A stretch of DNA of 63,504 bases, the filler included, from Stramenopiles sp. TOSAG23-3 (taxonomy: Eukaryota), in NCBI GenBank assembly GCA_900128585.1. It is 9 parts of 9 records of this genome, joined end to end, with 100 filler letters (N's around TTAATTAATTAA, not from the genome) between each part and the next. Parts side by side here need not be neighbours in the genome. Positions count along the whole stretch, not along the records: positions 7,808 to 15,508 come from LT643113.1; positions 15,609 to 23,307 come from LT643114.1; 7 more parts are not named here. One strand, written 5' to 3'. Position 1 is the first letter of the stretch, and the number at the start of each line of letters is the position of its first letter. The notes beneath the pieces were generated by a model, which did no database searches, was not told where the DNA came from, and saw nothing but the letters and a program-made list of their open reading frames with translations. The position numbers were made by a program, and so were the translations under genes. This document shows positions 10,803-20,016 of the stretch, one piece after another.

Positions 10803-13079
10803 TCACCCCATCGTCGACAGTATTATAAAAAAACTGGTAGTGTGTTTCTTTTGATATGCCGTCTTGTACTCCGCCCATGACCGTCGCCTTTCCCGCACAA
10901 AAGAACCGGCCTGACGAAGTGCCAACGGGAGCCCGGCCAACCCATCCGGCCCTGCTAGCCACTTTAGGGCATTGGCATTTTCCTTCTCTTGTTTCTCTAC
11001 GTCTTCGTTGTGCCCTGCAACACGCAACAGTAGCGTCTCTGCTGTTTCTTGTGGCAGTGTTGAGATACTAATAATGTCCTTCTTCGCATCAAACCCAAGC
11101 GTTGCAAATTCATTTGAGTCTTGCTTTGCTCGCGTTGTCAACAAAATGTGTCCTGGGGCATGCTTGCCCGGAAGGAAAGACTTCAACGATCCAAGGTCGT
11201 CTGCATTGTCGTAAATGATCAACCAATTGCAATTATCTTGAAACCATTTCAGAACAAAACCAATGATTTCCTTGATCTTTGTATCTTTCTGAAGCCCCTC
11301 CATCTTCAAATCAACGCTTGCAATGCCCCGAAAGCTGTCTCCAATAGAATCTATCGTGTCCGCAGATACCCAGAATACGCCCCCTGAATATTCTTCACTG
11401 TAGAGACGCGCGTACTGCTTCACGATCGCAGTCTTACCGGTGCCCCCAAGGCCGCGCAGAACATCCTGACATATTGCCTTGCCCGCACGTTCCGTATTCA
11501 TGCGATCGTGCAACGATTGTAGCAACTCTTCGTTGCCGGTGAAGAATGGATCGTTCGATTCAATTTCCCTTGGCCAAGGCGGACTTTCATTCTTACTCTC
11601 TGGGAGACGTTCCATTTCCAATTTTTTGATTCTCTTGTCGTGCGTGGCAATCGTTTCGGTGTTCCTTTGAACTTGCACCTCCAGCTTCTCCAGCCCAGAC
11701 GCCAACTCTTGGATCGCTTCCGTCTGCAACGCATTGAAAGCATTTTGCGACACCACCAACTTGCCATCGTCCAATCCTTTCTCTTCAACCACCACACCCG
11801 GAATATGCTTCGTAAACAGCTCAAAAACGTGCTGGGCCATGGGGCCGGCGTCTGGTGTGCCGTCATTCCACTTATAGGTATACTGCTGTAGTTTTCGCAG
11901 CGTTGGTAGTACCCCGTCAGGCACCGGTTTCTTGTTCTCCTTGAGCCGTTCGTCGCAGTATGCTTGGAAGTGTCTTGTGATAAGAGTATTGCAGTCTACA
12001 TATCCCGCTACCTCTATATTTTTGAATTCCTTGGGTGGACCATATTGTAGATGACTGTTTGTGATTTCGAAGTCAGCCTCTCCGATTGTCAAACTATCGC
12101 CATCTATATGTCGCACCTCCAGCTCCTCCAGTCCAGACACCAGCTGTTGGATCGCTTCCGTCTGCAACGCATTGAAAGCATTTTGCGACACCACCAACTT
12201 GCCATCGTCCAATCCTTTCTCTTCAACACCCGGAATATGCTTTGTAAACAGCGCAAAAAGGTGCGGGGCCATGGGGCCGGCGTCTGGTGTGCCGTCATTC
12301 CACTTATAGGTATACTGATGTAGTTTTAGGAGTGCTGGCAGTAACTCCTCGGGCACCGGTTTCTTGTTCTCCTTGAGCCGTTTGTCGCAGTATGCACGTA
12401 AATGTTGTGTGATAAGAGTATTGCATTTTGCAGTTCCCGGTACCTCGATTTCCTTGAGTTCAGGAGAAGTATAAATATTCGCACTAACACGGGGCTGGGA
12501 TCCGGGCGAGAGTTCCTCGCTCCCTGCCCCAGACACTTTCTGTTTCTTTCTCGCAGGTTGCCTTTCTGCTTGAAGGTGAAGTTGTTTCACCTCCTCGCTT
12601 TGGTCAACAGGTTTTATACCCCCAGCCAAACCTAGGTTTGGCTTTCCATGCAATTGGATGAGGACTCTTTTGTATATGCTGTCGTTTCTTCTGTACAACA
12701 TTATTACATGTTTGCCACGTACACGAAACGTGTTGTTTCTTGTCAAACCAAACGCCGTTTTTTCTCTCTCTCTCGCCTTCATTGTTTTCTCCGCCATAGT
12801 GTCGCCATTACTTTGTGGGTGTTTGTCGCCATTTCTTTGTGGTGGTCGTTCATATTTAACAAAACGATATTTCGCATACTCGTCAGCATCCTCTAACATT
12901 TTTCCACTGTGCCATATCTGCAGTTTATATGGCTTATTTGAAAGACGCGATACGCATAAGTAATTACCATCAATATGTAGTTCCTTAAGCTCCTTTTCGA
13001 AAAGCTCGAGCGATATTTGTATGTGCAACTCTTGGTCGTCAAAGAACCTATCAAGAGTGCCCGACGATCCTTCAGACAT
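10803..13079 (-). CDS. NLR-like STAND (NB-ARC) ATPase with two tandem peptidase S74/ICA domains; C-terminally short or truncated
   Basis: Two repeats 144 aa apart reading CD.RLKEN..P....L.KL..YTYKW....GPMA...V....N..QTEAIQ.L...LE.LE (S74 pattern), then a coiled coil. NB-ARC motifs: FFTGNEELL, Walker A GLGGTGKT (aa 543-550), GGVFWVSA, WLIIYDNAD (Walker B), ILLTTR, LAGLPLALRQAG. Confidence 0.85.
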   Translation of the reverse strand: MSEGSSGTLDRFFDDQELHIQISLELFEKELKELHIDGNYLCVSRLSNKPYKLQIWHSGKMLEDADEYAKYRFVKYERPPQRNGDKHPQSNGDTMAEKTMKAREREKTAFGLTRNNTFRVRGKHVIMLYRRNDSIYKRVLIQLHGKPNLGLAGGIKPVDQSEEVKQLHLQAERQPARKKQKVSGAGSEELSPGSQPRVSANIYTSPELKEIEVPGTAKCNTLITQHLRAYCDKRLKENKKPVPEELLPALLKLHQYTYKWNDGTPDAGPMAPHLFALFTKHIPGVEEKGLDDGKLVVSQNAFNALQTEAIQQLVSGLEELEVRHIDGDSLTIGEADFEITNSHLQYGPPKEFKNIEVAGYVDCNTLITRHFQAYCDERLKENKKPVPDGVLPTLRKLQQYTYKWNDGTPDAGPMAQHVFELFTKHIPGVVVEEKGLDDGKLVVSQNAFNALQTEAIQELASGLEKLEVQVQRNTETIATHDKRIKKLEMERLPESKNESPPWPREIESNDPFFTGNEELLQSLHDRMNTERAGKAICQDVLRGLGGTGKTAIVKQYARLYSEEYSGGVFWVSADTIDSIGDSFRGIASVDLKMEGLQKDTKIKEIIGFVLKWFQDNCNWLIIYDNADDLGSLKSFLPGKHAPGHILLTTRAKQDSNEFATLGFDAKKDIISISTLPQETAETLLLRVAGHNEDVEKQEKENANALKWLAGPDGLAGLPLALRQAGSFVRERRRSWAEYKTAYQKKHTTSFFIILSTMG

Positions 13080-13156
13080 TTCTGAGTGGATATTGTCCTC
13101 AATGAACTGATCAAGAGTGCCGAACGATCCTTCAGATATTTCCGAGTGGATATTGT
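13050..13156. repeat. 60-bp-period tandem duplication across the NB-ARC gene start
   Basis: ATCAAGAGTGCC..CGATCCTTCAGA.ATTTC.GAGTGGATATTGT at 13050 and 13110. In frame it encodes NIHSE(I/M)SEGS(F/S)GTLD twice. Confidence 0.85.
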
Positions 13157-13300
13157 TATTTTTTTCCTTGCTTGGTTATGTTTTTTTATTCAATTCATAT
13201 ATCTGCACTGTTTCTTTTCATTTTACCCCAAACCAAATACATAAAAATCTACACTATATAGACACACACATATCGATCGACGGGACATTTTCTACTCCAC

Positions 13301-13818
13301 CACGGTGTACCAAATTTAAATCTGGGAGTGGTTTGATAGGAGTCAATCTGGTAGTTAATCACTACTGATTTTGGTGATTTATGTTGCAATGGTGCCGCCT
13401 GTTAATTTTAGAAATTAAAAGTACAATGGTATTTAATGTATTATAGTTAAGGTTTATGGTGTCATTTATTCAAAAAATTAAGATAATGCTATTACTATAC
13501 TAATTTTGTAATCTTCTCTTGGAACTACCGTCATAATAAATAAATGTAAAAAAAAACTTTTCTATGGAGTGAATTGATAAACTCGCCAAAAACAACAAAA
13601 ATATAATGCATATTTCTATGCTGTATCCTGTTATTTGGTCAAATTAAGGTAAAAAGTTGCTCCAACCACAAAATTATTTCTTTGCCTACCGATTTTTTTC
13701 ATGTTTTTACAGCCACATATGATTAGGCCCAGGCAGCACCATTGCAACGTTTTTTTTTAATTTTGCGTAGATAATATTGTATTCTTTTATACCTATCAAA
13801 TAAATTTGGTACACCGTG
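13301..13818. mobile_element. Putative MITE with 18-bp terminal inverted repeats
   Basis: CACGGTGTACCAAATTTA at 13301-13318 and its exact reverse complement at 13801-13818; AT-rich non-coding interior; no perfect target-site duplication (TSD). Confidence 0.55.
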
Positions 13819-14439
13819 CAGTACTTAGTTAGTACTAGTAACCGAAATGATAAACTAAAATTTAATACAGCAAAATAAAAAGAATCTCATCCGGATTATG
13901 TCCGTGTTAGTATATAGACACAAATCAGTTTTAACATTTCTGTTTACCTCGCTAATTTCCTGCTTTTACTATAATATCAAAACCTTAATTTTATACCCGG
14001 ACAGAATCGCTTTTATTGTACTGTTATTTATTGTAGTGCAATTTTGCTGGTATTTTTGATAGGAATGATATTGCATAGTCATTTACATATATACATATTA
14101 CATTTGTATCTGTATGTAATGTAAGGTTCCTTAAAACCACAAATAATGTTCATATTTATAAAAAATATTAGCAGCTACATAGCATGTAAATAAAATCAGA
14201 TGTTTATTAACCCACCCATCCCATTCATTCATCACCTATTCCTTTTTCTTCTTCTTCGTTCTTCTCCTGCTTGTTGCTTCCCTTCTTCTTCCAAGGACTA
14301 CAAAACCCATGAGTAACCTCACATCGATTCGAACGAAACGAAACGAAACGGAAACAAAAACGGAAACAAAAACAAAAAGAAAACAAACAGAAACAAACAA
14401 AAAGAAAACTGAAGCAAAACAAAAAGAAAACAACAAAAC

Positions 14440-15003
14440 ATGCCTCCTACCATGCCTTCTTTCGTTACTGGACGCACGTATCGAGTCGTCAAAGACGAAA
14501 ATCACGCCCTTGAAAATCAAGTGAGAGATTTGGAGAATCAACTGAATCAGAACCACGACCAATTTCGACAGATAAGGGATCGTCTTACAATCGTCGAAAA
14601 TGACGCTACAAAAGCCAGAACAGACGCTACAAAAGCCAGAACAGACGCTGCAAAAGCCACAAGAGATGCTGCCGCTTCGGCAAAGCAAGCAGAGCTAGCC
14701 AACGCAAAAAAAATCGAGATCGAGGCTGTCCTCGACCATGCAGGGAATGCTTGCGTGTTCAGTGGAGCGTTAGCTGTGGCAACAAAAGTTCTACGTCTCC
14801 ACGAAGCGTCGAAAACGACAATATTGTGCATTGCTCTAACTGCATCTGCAATTGTTGTCTCGGCCGGAATTATGGTGATCGAATTCACGCATAATAAGAA
14901 CAAAGTGAGAAAGATTGTTAAAGACAACGCTTTTAACGCAAATTTCCCGGTGCAACTAGCTGTCGCAACAGCCAAGAATTTGATTAAGAACTACACGAGA
15001 TGA
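14440..15003 (+). CDS. Hypothetical coiled-coil protein with two hydrophobic helices
   Basis: 187-aa ORF in AT-rich surroundings; heptad region; 21-bp DATKART repeat at 14602-14664; hydrophobic segments ACVFSGALAVA and ILCIALTASAIVVSAGIMVI. Confidence 0.7.
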   Translation: MPPTMPSFVTGRTYRVVKDENHALENQVRDLENQLNQNHDQFRQIRDRLTIVENDATKARTDATKARTDAAKATRDAAASAKQAELANAKKIEIEAVLDHAGNACVFSGALAVATKVLRLHEASKTTILCIALTASAIVVSAGIMVIEFTHNKNKVRKIVKDNAFNANFPVQLAVATAKNLIKNYTR

Positions 15004-15608
15004 GTTCCCAAGCAAGGAAGCCCACGCAAACTAACGAGCCATTGTTGGATTCGAATTTTAGTTCTTGAAATGGGACTTTTGTTCTTTTTTAACTACCACC
15101 AAAGATTGGAAGGCGCGACGAAGTTTCTTTTTTATTATTATTAGAAAATTAATTAATAAACTATTAATGATAAAGAAGAAGAAGAAGAAGAGAAAAAGCA
15201 ACACTTTTTTTTTTTTTTTTATTATTAATAATTACAATCTGAAGAAGAAGAGGAAGAAGTGTACGGTACGGTACCTGGTACCTGGTATAATACCTGTACC
15301 AAGGTGGAGAAGAAATGAGGAGGGGGAGGGGAGCGATCCAGAGATCCAGAGAGATTTTTTTAAAAAAATGTTTTGGGAGGAGGATGATGAAAATTCGATT
15401 TATTTTCTGTTTCAATGCTATTTAATGTTTTTGTTCCTACTTATATTATTACCTGTAAAATAAAACAGTCCAGCGCCCAGCGCGGGCCAAATTGAAGATA
15501 GAAGAAGANNNNNNNNNNNNNNNNNNNNNNNNNNNNNNNNNNNNNNNNNNNNTTAATTAATTAANNNNNNNNNNNNNNNNNNNNNNNNNNNNNNNNNNNN
15601 NNNNNNNN

Positions 15609-15687
15609 CTAACTAGTCCATTTCTCTTCCCGTTTTTAACACTCTGATATGTGAAGAAGTTAGGGTCTGGAGTTTTGTTGACCACGT
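15609..15687. repeat. 79-bp inverted copy of 19095-19173 (chimera/assembly artefact)
   Basis: Exact reverse complement at the contig end; the peptide VVNKTPDPNFFTYQSVKNGKRNGLV appears in both ORFs. Confidence 0.9.
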
Positions 15688-16045
15688 CCCCACCGCCATC
15701 GTGCAAGAACAGCGTGTGCGCGTCAAAGCGCCGGGCAAGCGAGCCGCTCATCGTGTGCCGTTTGTTGCGAGATACCAGCGTGCGCGAGACCGGGTACTTG
15801 TGGAAAAAGGCGCCCGCGGAGGGCATCTTTTCGTACAGGCGGTACGTGTATGGAAGGTCGTTGTCTATCGAATGATTGGTGAATAGTGCTATCAAGTGAA
15901 GCCCACTGGGCCCGCCCCCCACAACGCAATAGTCAATGATTATGTCCTCTTCAAGAGTAATCGTCGGCCCATCGTCCGCACTGCAAAGGGACAGAAGGAC
16001 CGCGGGAAGAAGAAGAAACCAGAAGAACACCGAGCGCAGGAACAT
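15688..16045 (-). CDS. FOXRED2-like secreted FAD-dependent oxidoreductase (5' fragment only)
   Basis: Signal peptide; DYCVVGGGPSGL Rossmann motif; GAFFHKYPVSRTLVSRNKR matches the FOXRED2 N-terminus. Cut at about 15688 by a chimeric junction. Confidence 0.75.
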
Positions 16046-17017
16046 ACTGGGCCACACAAGAAGAAACAGAAAACAACACCGCAGTATATATTATTCGACA
16101 ATAACAACAAATAAAACTGGTACTTACACACAACTAAACTATATCGTTTGTTTGTTTGTTCTGTTTTTTTTCAAGAATACGAAGTTTGTATGTCGATCAA
16201 ATCAATCAATCAAATAGCTTTTGACTTTTGTTCTTTCTACTTTCTTGTTTCCATCCGTCCAGCCAACCACATATTACTTATTTCTACTAAATTTCTAAAT
16301 CCTTCAAAAACTGTAACCACCGAAGTTATACGGTCCCCGTACCTGTACCCGAAGGTACAAGAGAACAGAAACAATCACATCAATCATCACCAAACAAATC
16401 GCATAATGAATATTTTATCTTCTGTGTTTAACAAAAACATGATGGTGGGGAAGAAGAAGAAAATAATTTATTTTCAGGTTTCAGGAAGGAGGACATACTA
16501 CCTGGTACTATTATTACGGTACCTGTACTGTACCTATATACCGTATTTATTATTTTAATATATTTAGCTAATTAAACAACAAGGAGAGGAGAAGTGTCTT
16601 CTCGTAGAAGAAATGAATCTATTTTTTCTTTCTTTCTTTCTTTCTTCTTTCTTTCTTTCTTTCTTTCATCATCAAATAATTTATTTTAGGAGGAGGAGAG
16701 GGAGGAGGCGCGACGAATTGACGCCTTTTTTGGTTTTTCGTGTGCTCGAGGAGGAGGACATTTTTTCGATTTTTCGCAGCCAGCAGCAGAAGAAGAATTT
16801 CTTTGTTTCTTCTTCTAATTTCAATTAGATAAGAAAGAATAATTAACAGAAAATGAATTTTAATTGGAAATGACCAAGATTGATTTTCAATAGAAAGAGA
16901 AGCACGAGAAAAAAAAAACGAAACGAAACGAAATAAAAAACAAAACAGCTCCGGCTAGATCTTGATCTGTACAGACAGTTTCCCCTTCCGGACGACCATC
17001 ATCAGTAGTAGCACACT

Positions 17018-19288
17018 ATGTTAAAAGTTGTCAGCACAACTGTCGATGGACAAACTGGTGGATTTTGTGGGGCCTTTATTGATTTGACAAATTCTGACGA
17101 TGAGTTAGGTACGGACGGGTATGATGTTCATGATCGCAATTCCAAGAGAGGAGATGACGTTAAAGCTGGAATGGGCTATACTCAGAACGAAAGAACCGAA
17201 GAAAAACAAATTGAAGGCAGCATAGGGGTGGACGCTGAAGAAACCCAAGAGGAAGAGGAGCTACTTTTTGACGAAAAGCATGGTGGTTGTATCAAGGCGG
17301 AAGAGGATTTGGGGGAAGGGGAATTGCCCGAGGGGGGGACTGATGCAGCAGCAGGAAGCGACACTAGGCCTACCGAATCAGCCAGAGCAAACGGTCAGTC
17401 GGAGGAAGGAGAGCGGGCCGTGGGGGAGACTGATGCAGCAGGAAGCGACACTAGGCCTACCGTGCCACCAAACCAGCCTCCGGTGCCACCAACCAGCCAG
17501 GATTGCGATCAAATTGTTGAATACATTAATTCTTATGCCGAAGACGGAAGAACAATGGAAATGGGACCCGTGGGACTATGTAATTGGAAAGATTTTCGTA
17601 AGCGACATCCAGGATATGCAGCTAAATTGCAAGTGAACAATGCTTTCAAACCATCGCAAATTTGCAAGTTGGACGACCGTCTAGAACATGACGGAAACCC
17701 CCTACCAGGGAAGGTGAGGCTGGCAACCCAGCCTCCAGCCAGAGCAAACGGCCAGTCGGAGGTCAGCGGCGGCGCAAACGCCAACGTGTTGGAGCGTATA
17801 GACGATAAAGACGAGTCTGTAGCTGAAGAGATTCCCATGGAGGAAGGCTGTTACGATGGTTTCAGAATCGAAGCCTCCAGCACTTTAAGCGGCATACTTC
17901 GGTCGGAAAAAGAATCGGACAGGCCGACGCACGCATTAATGGTTGGCGAAATCGTAAAGGAATGCGTCAACTGGCTGGTAGGGACCGGCTTCAAGATACC
18001 CCAAAAAGGACACAGCATACATCACCTATTTTGGAAAAACCGCAAGAACCTCGCTTTTAAACGCACGTTCAAGGACACCTTGGGCAAAATTAATGGTGCT
18101 GTGGATCCCGAAAAATACTTTGTGTTTCCTTCTGTTGAAAAATGCTCTACGGCATCCACAAAACGAACAGACACCATGGACTTGTGGATAAGCCGTTCCA
18201 TCTTGTGGTTCAAGTCGAATGGCTGGCGAAGGCCGAAACAAAGAGGAGGTAGTAAGGAGGAAGCGGCGTTTTACCGTTCGTTTTACCGTTACAGGAACAA
18301 CCAGACTGTTGCAGATAGATTCTCTCGAGCTCTAAAACAGGAGACCGATGTCCCGCCCACGTTCAATTGGGGGCAAATTACCCTTCACAAAAAACGACCG
18401 TCTGATCGCCCACTTGCTGAGCAAACGCCGCAAAAGCGAACGAAGCCGCCAAGTAGTCAAAGTTCAGGGAGCAAAAGCAGTGTCCAGGAAGACCTTAGGG
18501 GGACTGATGTTCGCCAAGAAGGCGGTTGGCAACTAAACAGCTTCTCAGTTACAAGCACAGGCAGCACAGGTGGTGCGGGGAAACGAAGTTCTCGACGTAC
18601 AGCAATGAGGGAACCGTCAGTATACCAAAGGGGCCCGGGTCAGAGCGATGATACTATGAATTTTGAACATCATTGCAAAGCGTACTTTGATAAGCATTGC
18701 ACAGGCTTGGTAAAGGAACAGTGCACATCGTATTGCAAACAGTTTTATAACTCTATGGCAGCGCTGATGCAACGGACCATTGCACAGCAAGTGCAAAAGG
18801 CGGTAGCAGAGCAAATGCGGCATGTTCGGGAACGAGTCGATGGGAATGCGCACCGAACCAATATCGGTGCACGAGCAAATGATTTCCGTCTAGCGCAACC
18901 GCAAGCGGCACCCGAAGAACAGCAGGTCTTGGAAGCAAGACGAAGGTTGCCAACCGTAAGCTCAGAGTCGGTGACCGTCTTCAGAAAGGACATAGACCCA
19001 CACACTCAGTTTGAAGTCCGTGTGTACTACTCTTGGACACATAAGATCATGTACAAAGGCACAACTACAAAAGATGGGAAGTTGCTCGATGGGCACGTGG
19101 TCAACAAAACTCCAGACCCTAACTTCTTCACATATCAGAGTGTTAAAAACGGGAAGAGAAATGGACTAGTTAGAACTTCTTGCATATCTACCCCCCCAAC
19201 AAAGCGCAATGGTTTTTTTACGGCGACCGGCAGGGCAACGGATTCACCCGGTTCAAGAACGACACTTATAGAAATTATAAAACAGTGA
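17018..19288 (+). CDS. Hypothetical 756-aa protein with acidic N-terminus, possible degenerate helicase-associated (HA) repeats and a MORN-like C-terminus
   Basis: Long ORF with internal duplications (TDAA.GSDTRPT twice; ARANGQSE twice). WISRSILWFKSNGWRRPK..EAAFYRSFYRYR resembles an HA repeat. YKGTTTKDGK and KNGKRNG are MORN-like. Confidence 0.6.
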   Translation: MLKVVSTTVDGQTGGFCGAFIDLTNSDDELGTDGYDVHDRNSKRGDDVKAGMGYTQNERTEEKQIEGSIGVDAEETQEEEELLFDEKHGGCIKAEEDLGEGELPEGGTDAAAGSDTRPTESARANGQSEEGERAVGETDAAGSDTRPTVPPNQPPVPPTSQDCDQIVEYINSYAEDGRTMEMGPVGLCNWKDFRKRHPGYAAKLQVNNAFKPSQICKLDDRLEHDGNPLPGKVRLATQPPARANGQSEVSGGANANVLERIDDKDESVAEEIPMEEGCYDGFRIEASSTLSGILRSEKESDRPTHALMVGEIVKECVNWLVGTGFKIPQKGHSIHHLFWKNRKNLAFKRTFKDTLGKINGAVDPEKYFVFPSVEKCSTASTKRTDTMDLWISRSILWFKSNGWRRPKQRGGSKEEAAFYRSFYRYRNNQTVADRFSRALKQETDVPPTFNWGQITLHKKRPSDRPLAEQTPQKRTKPPSSQSSGSKSSVQEDLRGTDVRQEGGWQLNSFSVTSTGSTGGAGKRSSRRTAMREPSVYQRGPGQSDDTMNFEHHCKAYFDKHCTGLVKEQCTSYCKQFYNSMAALMQRTIAQQVQKAVAEQMRHVRERVDGNAHRTNIGARANDFRLAQPQAAPEEQQVLEARRRLPTVSSESVTVFRKDIDPHTQFEVRVYYSWTHKIMYKGTTTKDGKLLDGHVVNKTPDPNFFTYQSVKNGKRNGLVRTSCISTPPTKRNGFFTATGRATDSPGSRTTLIEIIKQ

Positions 19289-19567
19289 AAGGGAAGGTTA
19301 CACTGTCGATATGACCAAGGCGTTTACAATAGATGGACAAAGCCTCGCTGGCATCGTTCCTGGTAGGGAACTGTGGGTCTATGAGGGAATACTAGATTTT
19401 TCCCGCTTCCCTCGGGCCCTTACAGTACACTACTCTGTTCTGAGGATACAGTGTAATACAATCCCCAATATTCCCTTAAATTTTCCCAATATTACCAATT
19501 GTATAATACGTTACATGATGATATCATACTCATCTACTTATAGTTTTTTTACAAAAATTGACGTTTT

Positions 19568-19805
19568 TTAAAACAAAAAATTGGCTGTTATTTTATAAGT
19601 AATTAAAAAATAAAATGATAGTATCCTTTATATGACTCTCATTTTATATCAATTATGATTTCAGTTCCAACCTTAATCCTAACTTGATTTTTTTATTTGA
19701 GTTTTTGATTTGATTTTAAGAATTAAAATTTAGCTTTCTCAAATGTACCGCGAAAATGAATCTGCTCCTTTTGTCCATTAAAGGTTTACATTTCCTTCAT
19801 GTACT
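19568..19805. repeat. Dispersed AT-rich modular repeat, copy 1
   Basis: AAAATTGGCTGTTATTT..AAGTAATTAAA plus TTTAGCTT..GTACCGCGAAAATGAATCTGCTC.TTTTGTCCATTAAAGGTTTACATTTC. Confidence 0.8.
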
Positions 19806-20016
19806 GCGAACTTATCTCTGCTCTTGTGGTTTTAACTAGATGTTAGGATTAATTAGTCAATATACCCTTGTCACTTAGTGTTGACTATCATTTTTTAATA
19901 TCATTAAAGCCCCTTTCTGAAGCGCACCACTTTATTGTTTACACCCCAATGCCATTATCTTGCACACCCCCCCCGCTTCCTGCCTACGCATTACTGATAT
20001 GGCATTCTTCCTTTCA

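Noticed and set aside
15557-15687. Shared peptide between the FAD oxidoreductase and the 756-aa protein
   Set aside because: Produced by the inverted chimeric contig end, not real domain sharing.
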